From a virus (taxonomy: Duplodnaviria > Caudoviricetes), in IMG/VR virus record IMGVR_UViG_3300017766_003652, positions 25,012 to 89,011 of that record: 64,000 nt of DNA, one strand, 5' to 3'. Every line of letters begins with the position of its first letter. Positions within the stretch are counted from its first letter, which is position 1. Made by a program: the position numbers and the translations under genes. Of the stretch, positions 46,636 to 55,855 are shown one piece after another. Below the pieces are notes generated by a model. The model saw only the letters and a program-made list of their open reading frames with translations, made no database searches and had not been told where the DNA came from.

Positions 46636-46666
46636 AAGGGGTACCCAAGGGTACCCCTTCGTTATT
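46636..46666. terminator. Hairpin between convergent genes
   Basis: AAGGGGTACCC-AA-GGGTACCCCTT. Confidence 0.65.
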
Positions 46667-46710
46667 TGGATCGCGTGTAGCCCCGAATCCGAGGAATCGC
46701 CGGGGATCTG

Positions 46711-46965
46711 TTAGCGCGTGCAAGGGAGGATCTGGAAGTCTCCCTCTACGAATCCTTGCTGGCGTAGCTCTCCGTCCTGGAGGTCGAGTTCCCGGGCAAC
46801 AGCAGTCTCCGGGTCCGGGCTTTCCACAAACGCATCTGTATCGCTAGCCGAGCAAGTAAAGTGCCCGGCTCGAAACTGCCGGGGAATATCTTTGCATCCC
46901 CGGAGGTGGACCGCAAAGTGATGGGAGCGGGAGCCGGAGAGACGGAGAATGATGTACTGAGGCAT
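46711..46965 (-). CDS. Hypothetical protein
   Basis: AAGGAAGG upstream of MPQYIILRL. Confidence 0.55.
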   Translation of the reverse strand: MPQYIILRLSGSRSHHFAVHLRGCKDIPRQFRAGHFTCSASDTDAFVESPDPETAVARELDLQDGELRQQGFVEGDFQILPCTR

Positions 46966-47168
46966 TTGGCCTTCCTTATACGGGCAATGTTCTTGTCGAG
47001 TTGACGGTCATGGTACCGGGCGGTATCCCCTTGGGTTACGCACCATGCCCCCAGAATATACCAGATCCCGGCCTTGTCCCGACCCAGGGTCAGGAGCCTG
47101 GCCCCAAGGTAAAGGAGCCGGCCGAACACCAGGGTGCCCGCGGCGATCCCAACTATTTCCATAGCCAT
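46746..47168 (-). CDS. Possible membrane protein
   Basis: TGATG coupling to upstream ORF and hydrophobic N-terminus, but overlaps 46711-46965 by 220 nt. Confidence 0.35.
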   Translation of the reverse strand: MAMEIVGIAAGTLVFGRLLYLGARLLTLGRDKAGIWYILGAWCVTQGDTARYHDRQLDKNIARIRKAKCLSTSFSVSPAPAPITLRSTSGDAKIFPGSFEPGTLLARLAIQMRLWKARTRRLLLPGNSTSRTESYASKDS

Positions 47169-47389
47169 CAATACCCCCTCTGCCACATCTCGGCGAGATC
47201 CGGGTCAATATCCACCTGGTCCGGGGTGGCCTTTATAAACATGACCACTGGGGTAGAACTACCGTTCAAAAGGAGTACTGCGACCTCCTCCGTCCTTGAT
47301 ATGCAGTGGCTCCGGGCACTACGGCGTAAGCTATCCATGACCAGAATCGTTTCGGCTCTGGTATACCATCTCTGTTTTGAGTCGTCCAT
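47168..47389 (-). CDS. Hypothetical protein, probably leaderless
   Basis: Follows minus-strand promoter. Confidence 0.6.
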   Translation of the reverse strand: MDDSKQRWYTRAETILVMDSLRRSARSHCISRTEEVAVLLLNGSSTPVVMFIKATPDQVDIDPDLAEMWQRGY

Positions 47390-47424
47390 GCCTTGAGCCT
47401 ATACGAGGTCGATTTCAATGGCAA
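47387..47424 (-). promoter_or_regulatory. Sigma70-type promoter, leaderless
   Basis: TTGCCA-N17-TAGGCT-N6-ATG on minus strand. Confidence 0.6.
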
Positions 47425-47469
47425 GGAAAATCTAACCTTAGAGCAGAATAGGCATCTGCCTTAAACTGG

Positions 47470-47484
47470 TACAATCTCAATATG
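47470..47484 (+). promoter_or_regulatory. -10 box, leaderless start of helicase
   Basis: TACAAT-N6-ATG, no Shine-Dalgarno. Confidence 0.55.
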
Positions 47485-49005
47485 ACTCAGCGGAACCGCA
47501 AAGAGATCCTCAAGCCCATCACCCTCCCGGTCGACATGTTCAACCGGGAGTCCGTATTCACTGGGCGCCGCTGGCTCAAAAAGAAAGCCCATGATATCCT
47601 GAAGCGCCTGTTCTGGTTACCGCTGCCGGGAGCTTGGTTCTCCAAGATCTACCGCCGCGGAGTTTGGGACGGCAAGATCAAGATGCTAGATAACCGTGGT
47701 GGGATATCGACCGGGCTCCTCCTGGCCTCGGAGGGTCGCCTCAAGAAAGCCGGCATCCTCCTCCGCATCTCCGACTACCGGGAGCCCCCAAAGTTTCGGG
47801 AGATCCCACGGCTAAAGGGTTCAGTGGTCCTCAAGGACCTCCAGTATCAGAAGGACGCCGTGCTCTCTATGATCCGGGGCTCCGCTACCGGGGGCTTGAT
47901 CCTCAATGCGACCGGTACTGGAAAGACCGTTATTGCGGCGATGTTCCTTTCCCAGCTCAAGGGCTCGGCCTGTTTCGTGGTCGATCAGTTGAACCTTCTC
48001 GATCAGGCCCGCGAGTCCTTTGAGAAGATCCTTGGGGAAAAGATCGGGATGGTGGGGGATAGCGTTTTCAAGGTGGAGCGGATCACCGTTGCCACCATTC
48101 AAACCCTGGCAAAGCATAGGACAAAAGCGGCGTACAAGAAGTGGTTCGGTACGCTCCGGGTCGTACTCCTGGACGAGCTTCACGATCTCCTCGGCAAACG
48201 TAGCAACGCTATCCTCGATTCGATCCAGCCGAAAACCGTTTACGGGTTCACTGCCACCTTGGGGCTGGATAACCCGCTCATCGCGGCTAAGGCCTACCGC
48301 CTCTGTGGCCCGGTACTGTTCCGGTATCCGTACGCCAGGGCTGTGGCTGATGGGCACCTGGCTCCAGGAGTTTGCCTCCAGGTTCGGCTAGATCCCCGCA
48401 ATATGGGGGAGGCAATCGAGGCTGGGAAGGACCCCTACACCACCTTCACGGTTGGCTCCAAACGGTTCAACAAGACGCTGGAGGAGTTGACCCGGGCCTG
48501 CGTTGCGGACGGACGGGCTGTACTGCTCCTGGTGGATCGGGTAAAGCATCTGAAGAAGCTCTCGGAGCGGTTGAGCGACATCCCTCATGCTCTATTGTAC
48601 GGGGCAGTAAATCGGACCAAACGAAACACGGCCAAGAAAGACTTTCTTGCGGGCAAGATCGACCTGATAATCTCGAACCGGGTTCTCAAGAAGGGCGCGG
48701 ATATACCGCGCATAAACTGTGTGATAGATGGGGCCTGCCTCGGCAACAAGAATGACTGCCTCCAGAAGTTTGGGAGGGCCACCCGACTCCTCCAGGGCAA
48801 GAACGGGTTCCTCTACTTCGATGTGGGGTACGAGATGAGCCCGGACTACGGGAGCGCCGAGGAGGTTCCGCCCTTGGTCCGGGCAACCAACAGCCGGAGA
48901 ACCGCATTCCGCCGAGAAGGGATCTGGGTCACTGCCTCCAAGAGCCTGGAACCGAGGGCCTGCCTGAAACAGGCTAAGCAGCTGCTCAAGGATTTCACCA
49001 GCTAA
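47482..49005 (+). CDS. Superfamily II DNA helicase (UvsW/XPB-like)
   Basis: ATGTGKT, LLDELH, FTAT, KGADIP, QKFGRATR. Confidence 0.9.
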   Translation: MTQRNRKEILKPITLPVDMFNRESVFTGRRWLKKKAHDILKRLFWLPLPGAWFSKIYRRGVWDGKIKMLDNRGGISTGLLLASEGRLKKAGILLRISDYREPPKFREIPRLKGSVVLKDLQYQKDAVLSMIRGSATGGLILNATGTGKTVIAAMFLSQLKGSACFVVDQLNLLDQARESFEKILGEKIGMVGDSVFKVERITVATIQTLAKHRTKAAYKKWFGTLRVVLLDELHDLLGKRSNAILDSIQPKTVYGFTATLGLDNPLIAAKAYRLCGPVLFRYPYARAVADGHLAPGVCLQVRLDPRNMGEAIEAGKDPYTTFTVGSKRFNKTLEELTRACVADGRAVLLLVDRVKHLKKLSERLSDIPHALLYGAVNRTKRNTAKKDFLAGKIDLIISNRVLKKGADIPRINCVIDGACLGNKNDCLQKFGRATRLLQGKNGFLYFDVGYEMSPDYGSAEEVPPLVRATNSRRTAFRREGIWVTASKSLEPRACLKQAKQLLKDFTS

Positions 49006-49070
49006 TCGCCGGCGGAAACCCCCTTCCAATCCCCCAAGCCCCTAATGGCTCCGGCAAGGAGCAGGGTTAA

Positions 49071-49116
49071 GGGGATATATGATTAGGGACCCCTAAAGGG
49101 TCCCCAATATATCCCC
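49071..49116. repeat. Nested inverted repeat
   Basis: GGGGATATAT...GGGACCC-CTAAA-GGGTCCC...ATATATCCCC. Confidence 0.85.
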
Positions 49117-49422
49117 CTTAAATCACCCCGCCTTCCTAGCCGGATATCGAGCCATTTTCTGGGCTCTCCTCGGAACAAAGAAAACATACAAGCGGGGAAC
49201 TCCGTGCCGTGCTAGCGCACGTCCCTCCGTCCCCCAGCCTGGCGCTAAAGCGCCGGCTTTCCCTTTGGTTTCTTGCCGGAGTACCGAGAGGAGAAACCCT
49301 TCCTGAGAACTGGATATCAGGCACAGGGTCGGCTAGACCCAGGCGGATTCCTGGCTGGGAGGCCCGGAACAATTGGCTCGAAACGCAACCGGGAAAACTA
49401 TTACACAAAGAGAAAGAAATAG

Positions 49423-49451
49423 TTGACGGGGTACCCCCAGTTGCGTATAAT
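49423..49451 (+). promoter_or_regulatory. Near-consensus sigma70 promoter
   Basis: TTGACG-N17-TATAAT with A-rich UP-like tract upstream. Confidence 0.8.
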
Positions 49452-49523
49452 CACATTACCCCCACATCGCAGGTGCCGTTATCCGAACGCTCCTCCTGCA
49501 AATACCCAACGAAAAGGCAGGTT

Positions 49524-50099
49524 ATGATGACCGGTGCCGCAAACATTCCTGTGCTTAAACTCCAGACCAGACAGCTGGAGGTAGAGAGAGCGATAGCAAA
49601 GAAATTCCATGAGAGATTTCTGGTAGCCCTAGAATCGGTCCACCGTATCGTCGAGTACGGCTGGGAACCCATCCGGTGGAAGGCCCCTTCCACTGACAAC
49701 CTCATCCGGCTCCTAACCCTCCGGGGGCTGCAACTCCGTCATCGTCTCCCTTTGACGGAACTTCTTTTGGTAGTGTACCGGTCGGTCCCCTCCTCCCAGT
49801 ACCAGCGGATAAACATAGCCCGCCTCTGTGGGCCTCTCGCCGTGAAGAGTATCAACGCTTACGTCAGTCAGCAGTACCCTCAAGGGCAGAACCTCTCAGC
49901 CTGGAACAGCGATCAGCAGCTCAGACAGATCCTCAATAACTCGGCCCGTAGCGCCAAGCTAGGCGGGTTCCCGGAAGGGACCATGGTCGCAGACTATCGG
50001 CGTTACCTCCAGCAGGTGCGCAAGAGAATCGGAGATAAAGGAACAGGGGTCGGCTCCAAGCCTTACCGCGGCAACCCCTGGCTTAAACTCGGCAAATGA
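49524..50099 (+). CDS. Hypothetical protein preceding DnaB
   Basis: ATG downstream of promoter; ends in a KPYRGNPW motif; ATGA overlap with helicase. Confidence 0.6.
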   Translation: MMTGAANIPVLKLQTRQLEVERAIAKKFHERFLVALESVHRIVEYGWEPIRWKAPSTDNLIRLLTLRGLQLRHRLPLTELLLVVYRSVPSSQYQRINIARLCGPLAVKSINAYVSQQYPQGQNLSAWNSDQQLRQILNNSARSAKLGGFPEGTMVADYRRYLQQVRKRIGDKGTGVGSKPYRGNPWLKLGK

Positions 50100-51463
50100 A
50101 ATCCCCTCTTAACGACACAGTATTCCTAGAACAGGTAACCTTGCTGCTCGTGCAGGATCGGCAGTTCCTCCGTCAGTTTGGTTCCTACCTAAAGCCCGAT
50201 GATTTCAAACCTCGGGGCAAGGATGCGCTCGGAGATGAGCGGTGGGTCTGTTCGGCAAAGGCCCTCCAGCATTACGAGCAGTACAGCGAACCGATAGGGG
50301 AACTGCTCCTGCCGGCCCTCAAGGATCATGCGCGGGTGTCCAAGTATACGGACGACCGGCGTAAGGCCCTGATGCGATTCGGAAGGCGGATGGTCTCCAC
50401 CCCCTCCGCCAACCACCGGGCCATCGCTGAATCAATCCAGGGCTTCAAGCTGGCGAGCAGTATGGCCTCCGCGGTGGAGGAGATGCTGGCCCTGTCGGAA
50501 ATGGACGACCTCGATACCGAGAAGTTCCGAGAGATATGCCAGAAGGCAGTAAACGTAGACAACGATGTCCGCCGCTCGGTGATCGACTACTTCGAGGGGC
50601 TGGAAGGCCGCATCGATCGCCGGGCAATTCTCAATGATGATAAGGTCCCCGCCTTCTTCATCGATCAACTCGATGCCCTGGTCCGAGGTATCGGACGTAA
50701 ACACGTTGGCCTGATTGCGGCCCCTTGGAAACGGGGCAAGTCCCTGTTCCTCCTGTGGATCGCACTTGCCTACGCTCTTCAGGGTTTGAAGGTCCTGTGG
50801 GTAACCCTTGAGGACCCCCTAGATTTAGTGGAGGACCGCCTAGACGCTGCGACTTCGTTCGTCCCTATCGATCAGCTCAGGGAGAAGCTCAAAACGCTCA
50901 GGAGGCGCCACTCCCGCTACAAGTCTTTGGTGAAGGGCAACCTCCAGATCTATGACGGCACCGATCAGATGGTCACCGTGCAGTTTGTGGAACAGCTCAT
51001 AGAGGACGGGCGAGATAACGGGCAGATCTATGACGCCGTATTCATTGACTACGATGACGAGCTGGTCTCCAGGAATGGGGGCAAGGATCGCCGGTTCGAG
51101 TTTGCGGAGATCTACCGGGACCTGCGTAAACTAGCGGCCAAGTGGGACATCTACCTTTGGACTGCGGCTCAAACTCGCCGGGATACGATGGCCAAGAAAC
51201 TCCTGACAGGGGAGGATCTCGCCGAGGATATCAGCAAGGCCCGCAAGGTCTCCCTGGCTCTGGGTCTGGGCGTTGGGGACTGGGGTGATGAAAGTATCTA
51301 TGTGTACGTTATGGGCAACAAACTGGGCAAGCAGTTTGTGGGCACCAATATCATGACAGACAAGGGACGTATGTGCATCTATGATCGGCAGGCTACCTAC
51401 GAAATGGCAAAGAGAACTGCTCGGGATTCTGAGGACTACCCCGCAGGGGAGGATGTAGCGTGA
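50096..51463 (+). CDS. dnaB: Replicative DnaB-like helicase
   Basis: APWKRGKS Walker A, VTLED, FIDYDDEL Walker B, AAQTRR. Confidence 0.85.
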   Translation: MKSPLNDTVFLEQVTLLLVQDRQFLRQFGSYLKPDDFKPRGKDALGDERWVCSAKALQHYEQYSEPIGELLLPALKDHARVSKYTDDRRKALMRFGRRMVSTPSANHRAIAESIQGFKLASSMASAVEEMLALSEMDDLDTEKFREICQKAVNVDNDVRRSVIDYFEGLEGRIDRRAILNDDKVPAFFIDQLDALVRGIGRKHVGLIAAPWKRGKSLFLLWIALAYALQGLKVLWVTLEDPLDLVEDRLDAATSFVPIDQLREKLKTLRRRHSRYKSLVKGNLQIYDGTDQMVTVQFVEQLIEDGRDNGQIYDAVFIDYDDELVSRNGGKDRRFEFAEIYRDLRKLAAKWDIYLWTAAQTRRDTMAKKLLTGEDLAEDISKARKVSLALGLGVGDWGDESIYVYVMGNKLGKQFVGTNIMTDKGRMCIYDRQATYEMAKRTARDSEDYPAGEDVA

Positions 51464-51681
51464 AACCCACTTTGTTCGATATCTTTCCAACCAACGAACC
51501 GGGGCGTATCCTGGAGACTCTTTCGGATCTTATCGATGCCTTCGACTACTGCCGGGCGCAATCCGGGCTGGAGCTGACCATCATGGATCGCCGGCGGGTA
51601 TTTCAACGGGGTAAGTACGGGCGCAAATCCTGGTCGATCAATGAGGAGGGCACCGTTACCTTCCAGCTGGTGGAGGGGTAA
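51460..51681 (+). CDS. Hypothetical protein
   Basis: GGAGG upstream; GTGA overlap. Confidence 0.55.
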   Translation: MKPTLFDIFPTNEPGRILETLSDLIDAFDYCRAQSGLELTIMDRRRVFQRGKYGRKSWSINEEGTVTFQLVEG

Positions 51682-51684
51682 CCC

Positions 51685-52638
51685 ATGCGGATTCTGGAGA
51701 CCCTGGCCCTCAAGGGATTAGAGTTCCGGAGGCATACCTCCGATCCGGCAGAGATCAGCCTCTGCTGCCCGTTCCCAGGGTGCGACGATACCCGCTACCG
51801 TCTGGGGATCAACGTCAAAACAAATAAGGGCAACTGCTTCAACTGTGGTTGGAAGTCGGGCCGCAAGACGATCCAGAAGGTACTTGCTCAGCTACGCATG
51901 GAGGTCGGGGCCCTCCGGCTGGAGACTGAGGAAACGGCGAGGAAAGAGGCAGAGCCGGAGCCGACCCTCCCAGATGATTTCACTCTGCTCCATGATTGCA
52001 AGTCCTCAGATCTGGAACTGTGGGATGCAAAGCGTTACCTCCTGAAGCGGGGTATCTCCTCCGCCCAGATGAAGCGGCATTATATCGGGGCCTCCCTGAC
52101 CGGGCGATACCGCAACCGCATCGTTATCCCGGTGACGTATGAGGGTTACTTCCTCGGTACCGTGAACAGGGATTTCTCCGGGCTCGGCAAGGTTCGGTAC
52201 CTAAACAGTTTCGGGACCAAGAGCCTCTGGAACTGTCAGCCTACGGACTCCGCGGGACCCCTGATTCTCGCGGAGGGGATCTTCAAGGCCCTGGCAGTGG
52301 AACGCCTCCTCCGCAAGAGAAACTTTGAGAAGGATGCCGGCTTCGCTGCGATCAATGGGAGCAGCCTGTCAGCGAGTCAACTCTGGCAACTACACAAAGC
52401 CGGTTGGAAGAAGGTCCTCCTCCTCCCGGACCCGGATAAGGTCGGGCTCGAGAAGGCTCTGGTCATCGCTGACACCCTGGTCCGGGAGAAGCTGCAAGTG
52501 ATCGTGCCGGCCAAGTTTCCAACCAAGCAAGCCGATGATATGACCGAAGATGAGTTAGAGGCAGTTCTGACCAGCGGGGTTCGATACTCCTGGGTCTACG
52601 AGCAGAGAACCCGCCTCAGGATAAAGGGGATGCAATGA
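51685..52638 (+). CDS. DNA primase (zinc-binding plus TOPRIM)
   Basis: CPFPGC...CFNCG; RIVIPV; ILAEG; DPD motif. Confidence 0.85.
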   Translation: MRILETLALKGLEFRRHTSDPAEISLCCPFPGCDDTRYRLGINVKTNKGNCFNCGWKSGRKTIQKVLAQLRMEVGALRLETEETARKEAEPEPTLPDDFTLLHDCKSSDLELWDAKRYLLKRGISSAQMKRHYIGASLTGRYRNRIVIPVTYEGYFLGTVNRDFSGLGKVRYLNSFGTKSLWNCQPTDSAGPLILAEGIFKALAVERLLRKRNFEKDAGFAAINGSSLSASQLWQLHKAGWKKVLLLPDPDKVGLEKALVIADTLVREKLQVIVPAKFPTKQADDMTEDELEAVLTSGVRYSWVYEQRTRLRIKGMQ

Positions 52639-53624
52639 GAACCGTGGTGATCGTAGACGCAAAGAACTTGGTATACCGGGCCCACTTTGGGCACCCGGAT
52701 CTGGCGACCTCAACGGGGCAACCCACCAGTATCCTGTTCGGGGTACCGGTCATGCTCCTAGATATTGACAAGGCGGTCCCACAGGCAGATGTGGTGGTGG
52801 CCTGGGAAGGGACCATGGCCTTTGATAAAGGCAACCGGGTCAAGACCCCGCCGATATGGCGCAAGGAGTACTGCGATAAGTACAAAGCGAACCGGGTCCG
52901 GGACCCCAAGATGGAACGGGCTGACTCCCAGCTGCCGGAACTGTATCGGTTCCTGTCGATCATTGGCTGGCCTCAGCTCTGCGTGCCGGCCCTGGAGGCC
53001 GACGATGTGATAGGAGTTCTCGCCCATAAACTGAGCAAACGCTCAGATGTCGGCACCGTCATCATTTACAGCAAGGATCAGGATTTCCACCAGCTCCTCC
53101 GCCCGGGTCTCCTCCAGCTCATCCCCAGCAAGGACGGGGCCAAGATCTTTGGACCACAGGATGTCCTCCAGGCTACCGGGGTTACCCCCAAGAAGTTTCT
53201 CAGCCTCCGGGCTCTGGCAGGGGATACCAGCGACAACATTAAACCCCTGAAGGGGGTCGGGCCAAAGACGGCTCTTACGATGCTGGAGGATGGGGTGGAC
53301 CCGCGGTTGGAAACTTGGGCGGAGCATCCCAAGGCGGTTCGGCGTAAGTACCCCAAGCTGGAGGAGGCCTGGCCGGATGTCCGCAAGGCCTACCACCTCA
53401 GCAAGATCCCAAAGCAGTTCTCCTACCCTCTCTTCCCCCTGGCCAGCCAGGCCCTCCTATCCAAGCAGGTGACCCCGTTACTTGCCGATACAGGGCGGGT
53501 CATGAGCCGGAGGGTTAAGAACCTTTTGATGTCCGAGTTCGCAACCTTCTGCCGCGAGTACGAAATGGAGTACGTCGAGGAGCAGAGCCACCGATTCTTC
53601 AAGAACGTAAGGGAAACAAAGTAA
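52635..53624 (+). CDS. 5'-3' exonuclease / flap endonuclease
   Basis: IVDAKNLVYRAH, EADDVIG, SKDQDFHQL, LAGDTSDNIKPLKGVGPKTA. Confidence 0.93.
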   Translation: MRTVVIVDAKNLVYRAHFGHPDLATSTGQPTSILFGVPVMLLDIDKAVPQADVVVAWEGTMAFDKGNRVKTPPIWRKEYCDKYKANRVRDPKMERADSQLPELYRFLSIIGWPQLCVPALEADDVIGVLAHKLSKRSDVGTVIIYSKDQDFHQLLRPGLLQLIPSKDGAKIFGPQDVLQATGVTPKKFLSLRALAGDTSDNIKPLKGVGPKTALTMLEDGVDPRLETWAEHPKAVRRKYPKLEEAWPDVRKAYHLSKIPKQFSYPLFPLASQALLSKQVTPLLADTGRVMSRRVKNLLMSEFATFCREYEMEYVEEQSHRFFKNVRETK

Positions 53625-54241
53625 TGGCAACCACACCTACCATAGAGCCGACCCTAGAGAAGCACTCCCACCAGATCAAGGCGCTTGCCTTCAAGTACTG
53701 GAAACACGTTCCTGCCCAGGAACGAAACGCATGTGACCCGGAGGATCTCGTAGCCATCGGCTACCTAGTCTTCCATAAGTGCGTACAGGCATGGGACCCC
53801 AACGGTAAGGCCAAGTTCAACACCTACCTGTACACCGCCCTGCATAACAGGTTCAAAGACTTTATCGCTCACGCCTACCGCCGCCAGAAAATCGAGATGT
53901 GCGACCTCACCATCCAAGCCCTCGATGCTGGAGCCCGGGAAGGGGAACCCCATCAAACAAGGAAACAGGGGCGGGCCCTGGTCGCCGCCTGCCAGACTGA
54001 CATCAATGTCAGCTACCACATGATGCGCACCTTTGAGAGCGAGGTCTCTATGAAGCGCCTGCTCGCTACAGCTCCCTTTGAGGACGCCCGATTGATAGAG
54101 GCCATTATGTTCAGCCCCGACTCCCTCCCGGTCGATCCTGAGCGAACCCTGGCCCCTTTCTTCCCACGCCTCCGGGCTCTGTTCAACTCGGTTGGTATCA
54201 CCTATGAGGACCTGCGGTATCTCCGGCACGCCTCGGTATAG
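53624..54241 (+). CDS. Sigma-70-like factor (region 2 clear, region 4 degenerate)
   Basis: EDLVAIG...WDPNGKAKFNTYLYTALHNRFKD. Confidence 0.7.
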   Translation: MATTPTIEPTLEKHSHQIKALAFKYWKHVPAQERNACDPEDLVAIGYLVFHKCVQAWDPNGKAKFNTYLYTALHNRFKDFIAHAYRRQKIEMCDLTIQALDAGAREGEPHQTRKQGRALVAACQTDINVSYHMMRTFESEVSMKRLLATAPFEDARLIEAIMFSPDSLPVDPERTLAPFFPRLRALFNSVGITYEDLRYLRHASV

Positions 54242-54243
54242 AG

Positions 54244-54840
54244 ATGGAAAGCCGGCACGCAAAGCAACTCGGATGGACAGGAGCGGTCAAGAACCGCTCC
54301 TGTATCCTGTGCCACAAGGCCTATACAGAGACTGACGTGATCCTGTTCCGGTACTTCCCGGACACCCAAGTATGCCATGCCTGCTACCTCCTGATGGAGA
54401 AGGACCCTGGATGCTGTTTCGCCAAAGGGTACGACCCAGGCCATGTAGACTGTTTTAAGCTATGCCCGGATCGCCGGGTCTGCCAATTCTGGACAGAGGA
54501 GAGTATGCCAAAGACCCTACGCCTGAGCGAACGCAACCGGCACCTAGCCCTCCAGTTCCTCAAACAACATAAGGTCCTAAAGGAGAAGACCAAGCCCCGC
54601 CGCAAAGGAGAGCAGCACCCCTTCGCAAAAGGTTCCCTGGTCCGGGCCTGTTTTGATAAAGTGGTTAAGGGAACCACCCTGGAGGCCCTCCGCAAATACT
54701 GCAGCTCCTTGGGGGCTGACTTCCAGCTCATCTTTCGTAAACTCCGGCTAGAGGCCGCTCGCGGTTATGAATGGGAGTGGCTGGAGGACGATGACGGTAA
54801 CATCAAAATAGAATTCGAAAAGGTGAGGCATGACTCGTAA
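54244..54840 (+). CDS. Cys-rich hypothetical protein
   Basis: CILC, CHAC, CC, C..LC...VC; C-terminal PFAKGS helical domain. Confidence 0.65.
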   Translation: MESRHAKQLGWTGAVKNRSCILCHKAYTETDVILFRYFPDTQVCHACYLLMEKDPGCCFAKGYDPGHVDCFKLCPDRRVCQFWTEESMPKTLRLSERNRHLALQFLKQHKVLKEKTKPRRKGEQHPFAKGSLVRACFDKVVKGTTLEALRKYCSSLGADFQLIFRKLRLEAARGYEWEWLEDDDGNIKIEFEKVRHDS

Positions 54841-55855
54841 GAAACTATCTGGCAAGGTTGACTGGGAAGGGCGTAAGAGAACAGACCCGAGCCCGATACT
54901 GTACTTCAGTGGCAATCATGGAATCATGGGTGACAAGGAATCCGGTATCCTCTCGGCGGAGGAGCAGCTCCATAAGGAAACGGGATGGACCCACCGCTGC
55001 ATGAGCTACTGCTACTGGGAGAAGGAGCATCGAGTCAAGAACGCCCTTAACTTTGCCATCAATCATGGCATCAAGGTCTTTCTGGACTCCGGGGCGTTTA
55101 CCCTCCAGTCAGATCCGAACTGTACCTGGGAAACGGTACGGGCTTACGCCGAGCGGTACTGCAAGTTCCTCGATACCTACCGCCACAAAGTCCATTGGTA
55201 CGCCGGGCTTGATTGGAGGAGGGATGCCGCGACCTCCTGGGAAGCCCATCACATGATGCAGAAAATGGGTTACTACCCGGTCCCGGTCTACCATGGGAAC
55301 GACCCGATAACCGAGTTCAAGCGGCTCCTCGATACCGGGTTCCCTCTCATTGCGATCGCCAAGCCCGGCAAGCTCTGGTCCCCGAAGTCCTGGCTGACTG
55401 GGAAGGATCTGCGGACGGTGTACGATCAGGTTCACCACCTGGCTCAACCGTACAAGTGCGCTTTGCATGGGCTGGCCCAGACGGGCAAGTTTATGTTCTC
55501 GTACCCTTGGTACTCCGTTGACTCGACCAATTGGCTGGCCGGATGCAAGAACGGGCAGCTGTTCGATATCGATGCGGTTCATGGCCGGATCAACGCCGTA
55601 TACATTGGGCCTCAGATCCTCAAGGATAAGAAGCAGAACCCCAACAAGAAATACAGGAGCCCGGACTGGGAGGCTCTCGATGTCCAGACCAAGAAACGCC
55701 TGATGGCTGTAGCCCGGCGTTACGGGATGACGGACCAGCTCCTCCTAACCGACTACCAGACCCGCTGCATCTATAACGTGCGGGTCCTCCAGGAATCCAT
55801 TGACGCCGGCACCTTCAAGTTCCATGGGGCCCGGTACCAGAAGGTGCTCCTCTAA
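54830..55855 (+). CDS. dpdA: DpdA-like (TGT-family) DNA transglycosylase, copy 1
   Basis: FLDSGAFT, PVYHG, LHGLA, YPWYSVDSTNW; adjacent to folE. Confidence 0.75.
   Translation: MTRKKLSGKVDWEGRKRTDPSPILYFSGNHGIMGDKESGILSAEEQLHKETGWTHRCMSYCYWEKEHRVKNALNFAINHGIKVFLDSGAFTLQSDPNCTWETVRAYAERYCKFLDTYRHKVHWYAGLDWRRDAATSWEAHHMMQKMGYYPVPVYHGNDPITEFKRLLDTGFPLIAIAKPGKLWSPKSWLTGKDLRTVYDQVHHLAQPYKCALHGLAQTGKFMFSYPWYSVDSTNWLAGCKNGQLFDIDAVHGRINAVYIGPQILKDKKQNPNKKYRSPDWEALDVQTKKRLMAVARRYGMTDQLLLTDYQTRCIYNVRVLQESIDAGTFKFHGARYQKVLL

Noticed and set aside
49209-49523. N-terminal extension of the ORF ending at 50099
   Set aside because: A near-consensus promoter lies inside it and the downstream ATG at 49524 fits better.
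51685-52638. Inactive primase because EGxxD reads EGIFK
   Set aside because: The catalytic Glu and the DxD (DPD) are present, so inactivity is not supported.
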